From: Candidatus Binatia bacterium | Lineage (GTDB): Bacteria > Desulfobacterota > Binatia > UBA9968 > CAXXLF01 | Assembly: GCA_963664015.2 (NCBI GenBank) | Contig: CAXXLF010000002.1 | Location: 1,632,001 to 1,696,000 of the forward strand | Direction of reading: 5' to 3' | Length of the DNA: 64,000 nucleotides | Shown here: positions 60,278 to 64,000 of the stretch, piece by piece | How positions within the stretch are numbered: the first letter of the stretch is position 1 | Layout: each line of letters begins with the position of its first letter | The notes under the pieces: model-generated | The model's database searches: none | What the model saw: the letters and a program-made list of their open reading frames with translations, nothing else | Told to the model about the DNA's origin: nothing | Position numbers and translations under genes: made by a program

Positions 60278-60475
60278 ATTCGCGCAAAGACTCCGTCAGA
60301 GGACGGATCACCCCCCGCCTTAGGCGGGTCCGCCTCAGCAGGACCGGGCTGAGCAAAGAACACCAAGGTTTAGTAATATTACAAAATTCGAAACTTAGAA
60401 TCCGAAACAAACATGACAAATTCCAAAATTATAAGATCCTCAATCCAAAATCTAAAATCAAACACCTAAATTCTA
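60278..60475. repeat. Composite intergenic repeat, locus G (inside nuo operon)
   Basis: CGCGCAAAGAC...GCAAAGAACACCAAG arm interrupted by mini-hairpins TCCGTC-AGAG-GACGGA (60292-60307) and CCCGCC-TTA-GGCGGG (60314-60328); then AAATTCG/AATCCGA/AATCCAA/AATCTAA heptamers. Confidence 0.75.
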
Positions 60476-60544
60476 GGCAAAGAGATATGAAATTTTCACA
60501 AGTTGTTCTGTTGAACATACCATTAGCAAGAATCTAGAAGCGCT

Positions 60545-62590
60545 ATGGAACATCCCACAGCTGTAGGATACCTTTATTGGATTGTGCTTTTCCCGTTGTT
60601 GGGAGCCGCCATCAATGGATTGGCCGGGGCCAAACTACAAAAGCACATGGGTAAAGGCGTCATCAGTTTTATCGCCTGTACACCCGTCTGCCTCTCCTTC
60701 CTTGTGTCGCTTTGGGCCTTTGTCCACCTCGCCAGCCTGGAACCGGAGAAGCGCTTTCTCATCGACAAGCTCTACACCTGGATCTCGCTGGACGCGCTGA
60801 AAGTGGACGTGGCCTTTTGGCTGGACCCCTTATCTGCCGTCATGATCCTTGTGGTTACGGGAATCGGTGGGCTCATCCACTTCTACTCCATCGGCTACAT
60901 GCATGACGACGATTCGTACTGGCGCTACTTTGCCTTTTTGAATCTCTTTACCTTTTCCATGCTCCTGCTAGTGCTGGGCGACAACCTCCTATTAATGTTT
61001 ATCGGTTGGGAAGGGGTGGGACTTTGCTCCTATGCCCTGATCGGTTTCTGGTACCGCGACCATGCCAACACGTCGGCTGGCAACAAGGCCTTCATTGTTA
61101 ACCGGGTGGGGGATTTCGGCTTTCTGCTTGGGATCTTTCTGATCTTTTGGTCCCTGTCGGATGCCGGCCACGGTACCGTGATCTTCCGAGAAATCGTGAA
61201 GTTCGCCCCCCTGCTCGAGCAGAAAGAGATTTGGGGCATCGGCGTTGTGACCCTCGCCACCTTGTTTCTCTTTGTCGGGGCCACAGGAAAGTCCGCACAG
61301 ATCCCCCTATTCGTCTGGCTCCCCGATGCCATGCAAGGGCCCACCCCGGTCAGTGCTTTAATCCACGCCGCGACCATGGTCACCGCCGGCGTCTATATGA
61401 TCGCCCGACTCAACGTCCTGTTTTCCATGGCTCCATTTACCCTGACAGTGGTGGCCGGGATTGGTGCCGCCACGGCCCTGTTTGCCGCCACGATTGCGGT
61501 CACCCAACACGACATCAAACGGGTCCTGGCCTATTCCACCATCAGCCAGCTCGGATACATGTTTCTGGCCGCCGGTGTGGGTGCTTATGGCGCCGCCGTG
61601 TTTCACCTGATGACTCACGCCTTTTTTAAGGCCTGTCTCTTTTTAGGTTCAGGCAGCGTGATTCACTCCCTCGGTGGCGAGCAGGATATGAGAAAAATGG
61701 GCGGGCTCAGAACCTACATGCCAACCACTTTCTGGACTTTTGCCGTATCTGTTCTTGCCATCAGTGGCGCGCCTCTAACCGCCGGTTTCTTTTCCAAAGA
61801 CGAGATCCTATGGCGCGCCTTCACCAGCTCCCATGGATCCATATTCCTTTGGGGTGTCGGCATCGTTACCGCCGGACTCACAGCCTTCTATATGTTTCGC
61901 CAGTTGTTTTTGGTCTTTTTCGGCGAGTGTCGTGTGGATCTCCAGGCCCGGGCGCACCTTCACGAATCCCCCAAGGTCATGACCGTGCCATTGGTCATCC
62001 TGGCCATTGGGGCCCTGCTTGTGGGTTGGATAGGTCTCCCCGCCATCTTTGGCGGCAGCCTTTTCGAGCACTGGCTCGAGCCCGTAACCGGCGGTCACGG
62101 TGACGATCATCACGGTTCCGCGGCCCTGGAATGGGGATTGATGCTCTTTTCTGTAGCCGTCGCCGCGACGGGGGTTTTCCTCGCCTATATCCTCTATTAC
62201 CGGCACAAAATCGATCCCGAGCGTTTTTCCTCGTTCGCCTGGGGTCTTCCCCACCGGGTGCTCCTCAACAAATACTACGTCGATGAGCTCTACTCCTTTG
62301 TCTTTATCAAAGGGGCCCTGCTGTTGGCCCGTATGGGAGCCTGGTTTGACCGGGCCATCATCGACTTCATCGTCGACGGTATCGCCAAAACCACGGCCTT
62401 TATTGCCTGGATCAACGGTCTATTCGACCACTATATCATCGACGGTATCGTCAATGTGATCGCCAATGGTACTTTTGCATTCGGGGATCGGTTTCGAAGG
62501 ATTCAGACGGGGAACATCAATAGCTACCTCTACGTCATTCTCGGTACCGTGGTGCTTGCCATGTACGTCAAATGGCGTTACTGGAGCTAA
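60545..62590 (+). CDS. nuoL: NADH-quinone oxidoreductase subunit L
   Basis: GWEGVG, NRVGD, GKSAQIPLFVWLPDAMQGPTPVSALIHAATMV, THAFFKA. Confidence 0.96.
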   Translation: MEHPTAVGYLYWIVLFPLLGAAINGLAGAKLQKHMGKGVISFIACTPVCLSFLVSLWAFVHLASLEPEKRFLIDKLYTWISLDALKVDVAFWLDPLSAVMILVVTGIGGLIHFYSIGYMHDDDSYWRYFAFLNLFTFSMLLLVLGDNLLLMFIGWEGVGLCSYALIGFWYRDHANTSAGNKAFIVNRVGDFGFLLGIFLIFWSLSDAGHGTVIFREIVKFAPLLEQKEIWGIGVVTLATLFLFVGATGKSAQIPLFVWLPDAMQGPTPVSALIHAATMVTAGVYMIARLNVLFSMAPFTLTVVAGIGAATALFAATIAVTQHDIKRVLAYSTISQLGYMFLAAGVGAYGAAVFHLMTHAFFKACLFLGSGSVIHSLGGEQDMRKMGGLRTYMPTTFWTFAVSVLAISGAPLTAGFFSKDEILWRAFTSSHGSIFLWGVGIVTAGLTAFYMFRQLFLVFFGECRVDLQARAHLHESPKVMTVPLVILAIGALLVGWIGLPAIFGGSLFEHWLEPVTGGHGDDHHGSAALEWGLMLFSVAVAATGVFLAYILYYRHKIDPERFSSFAWGLPHRVLLNKYYVDELYSFVFIKGALLLARMGAWFDRAIIDFIVDGIAKTTAFIAWINGLFDHYIIDGIVNVIANGTFAFGDRFRRIQTGNINSYLYVILGTVVLAMYVKWRYWS

Positions 62591-62612
62591 GTTGCATAGG
62601 AGATTTTGAAAG

Positions 62613-64000
62613 ATGACAGACAATGTTCTCTCCCAAATGGTTTTCTTCCCCTTGTTGGGAGCCGTGGTGATTCTTTTTTTGCCGTCCAGCCGCCCCAACC
62701 TGATTCGGTGGGTCGCCGCTGCCGCAACGGTACCGCCCTTATTACTAGCCGGGTGGCTTTTCGCAAACTTTGACCGCACGGTCCCGGGCATACAGTTCGT
62801 TGAAAAAGCTTCCTGGATCCCTGCTTATAATATTGAATACTTTGTTGGCGTTGACGGGATCAGCATTTCTATGGTGCTCCTGACCGCGCTGATCTCTTTT
62901 ATTTGCATCTTTGCCTCCTGGGGTATCGATAAGGCCGTCAAAGGCTATTTTGCCCTTTTCCTACTACTGGACATGGGGATGATGGGGGTTTTTGTCTCCC
63001 TGGACTTCTTTCTTTTCTACATCTTTTGGGAAGTGATGCTGCTGCCCATGTATTTCCTCATCGGGATCTGGGGTGGGCCGAGGCGAGAATATGCCGCCAT
63101 CAAGTTCTTTCTATACACCTTGTTCGGTAGTGTCCTCATGCTACTGGCGATTTTAGCCCTCTACTTCACCAGCGACCCCCACACCTTCGACATGACTCAA
63201 CTAATTGCCCAGAACGACAAATACAGCCTGACTGTTCTCTCAATCTGGCCGTTCAATCTGTGGGGCTGGAGCTTCCAACATCTCGTTTGGATGGCGCTCT
63301 TCATCGGTTTTGCCATCAAGATTCCCGCTTTCCCTTTTCATACCTGGCTTCCAGACGCCCACGTCGAGGCACCGACTGCCATTTCCGTAATCTTGGCCGG
63401 CGTTCTCCTTAAAATGGGTGCCTACGGAATCCTGCGGATTAACTTCCCCATGCTTCCCGCGGCCACGGCGGATCTGGCTTTTTATTTCCTCGGCGCGCTG
63501 GGTGTATGGAACATTATCTATGGAGCCCTGTGCGCCATGGCACAGAAGGACTTGAAGAAACTCATCGCCTATTCCAGCGTCAGTCACATGGGCTACGTAA
63601 TGCTCGGGATGGCGAGTTTCACGTCTCACGGGATCAATGGTGCGGTCCTGCAGATGTTCAATCACGGAACCATCACCGCCATGCTCTTCCTCCTCGTGGG
63701 TGTGATCTACGATCGGGCTCATCACAGGGATATCGACGGTTTCGGCGGACTGGCAGCCTCCATGCCGTTGTACACGGGGGTTACCGCACTTGCCTTTTTT
63801 GCCTCCATGGGGCTTCCCGGTTTGTCCGGATTCATCTCCGAGGTTCTCGTTCTATTGGGGGCCTGGCAAAATTATCCGATTCTCGCCATTCTGGGGGCGA
63901 GCGGCGTGATCCTGACGGCGGGGTACCTCCTATGGACGATACAGCGGGTCTTTCTGGGCCAGCCCAATGAGAAATATCAGGGCATAGCGGAAATCAATGG
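62613..64000 (+). CDS. nuoM: NADH-quinone oxidoreductase subunit M, 3' end truncated by window edge
   Basis: Read manually: MTDNVLSQMVFFPLLG...GVDGIS...FWEVMLLPMYFLIGIWG...PFHTWLPDAHVEAPT...LKMG.YG...AYSSVSHMG. Confidence 0.93.
   Translation, partial: MTDNVLSQMVFFPLLGAVVILFLPSSRPNLIRWVAAAATVPPLLLAGWLFANFDRTVPGIQFVEKASWIPAYNIEYFVGVDGISISMVLLTALISFICIFASWGIDKAVKGYFALFLLLDMGMMGVFVSLDFFLFYIFWEVMLLPMYFLIGIWGGPRREYAAIKFFLYTLFGSVLMLLAILALYFTSDPHTFDMTQLIAQNDKYSLTVLSIWPFNLWGWSFQHLVWMALFIGFAIKIPAFPFHTWLPDAHVEAPTAISVILAGVLLKMGAYGILRINFPMLPAATADLAFYFLGALGVWNIIYGALCAMAQKDLKKLIAYSSVSHMGYVMLGMASFTSHGINGAVLQMFNHGTITAMLFLLVGVIYDRAHHRDIDGFGGLAASMPLYTGVTALAFFASMGLPGLSGFISEVLVLLGAWQNYPILAILGASGVILTAGYLLWTIQRVFLGQPNEKYQGIAEIN

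Overview
Chromosomal 64-kb window from a bacterium of moderately high GC. Gene content suggests a Deltaproteobacteria/Binatota-like organism, but that is inference only. Most genes are housekeeping: nth, lnt, msrPQ, fabI, ptsP, folE, pepA, trxA, mreBCD-mrdA-rodA, ribB(X), ispG-proS-pyrF, and a complex I-like nuoA-C-D-H-I-J-K-L-M operon with no nuoB/E/F/G. These are interspersed with transporters (MFS, RND, ABC), a few nuclease/ATPase/TerB accessory genes and several damaged genes (UbiG-like with an in-frame TAA, a frameshifted APC permease, a truncated TctA-TctB fusion, a TPR remnant). I found no rRNA, tRNA, CRISPR array, transposase or integrase. The most striking unexplained signal is non-coding. 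At least eight intergenic regions are built from a shared, modular repeat family. Arms made of degenerate 7-, 8-, 9- or 10-nt periodic units occur as inverted pairs nested inside one another. Their cargo includes hairpins with compensatory base changes, and a doublet of stem-loops that share one loop core but have different stems. Modules are reused between loci in different order and orientation. This looks like a non-autonomous, structure-recognised mobile or recombination system whose enzyme is not identifiable in the window.
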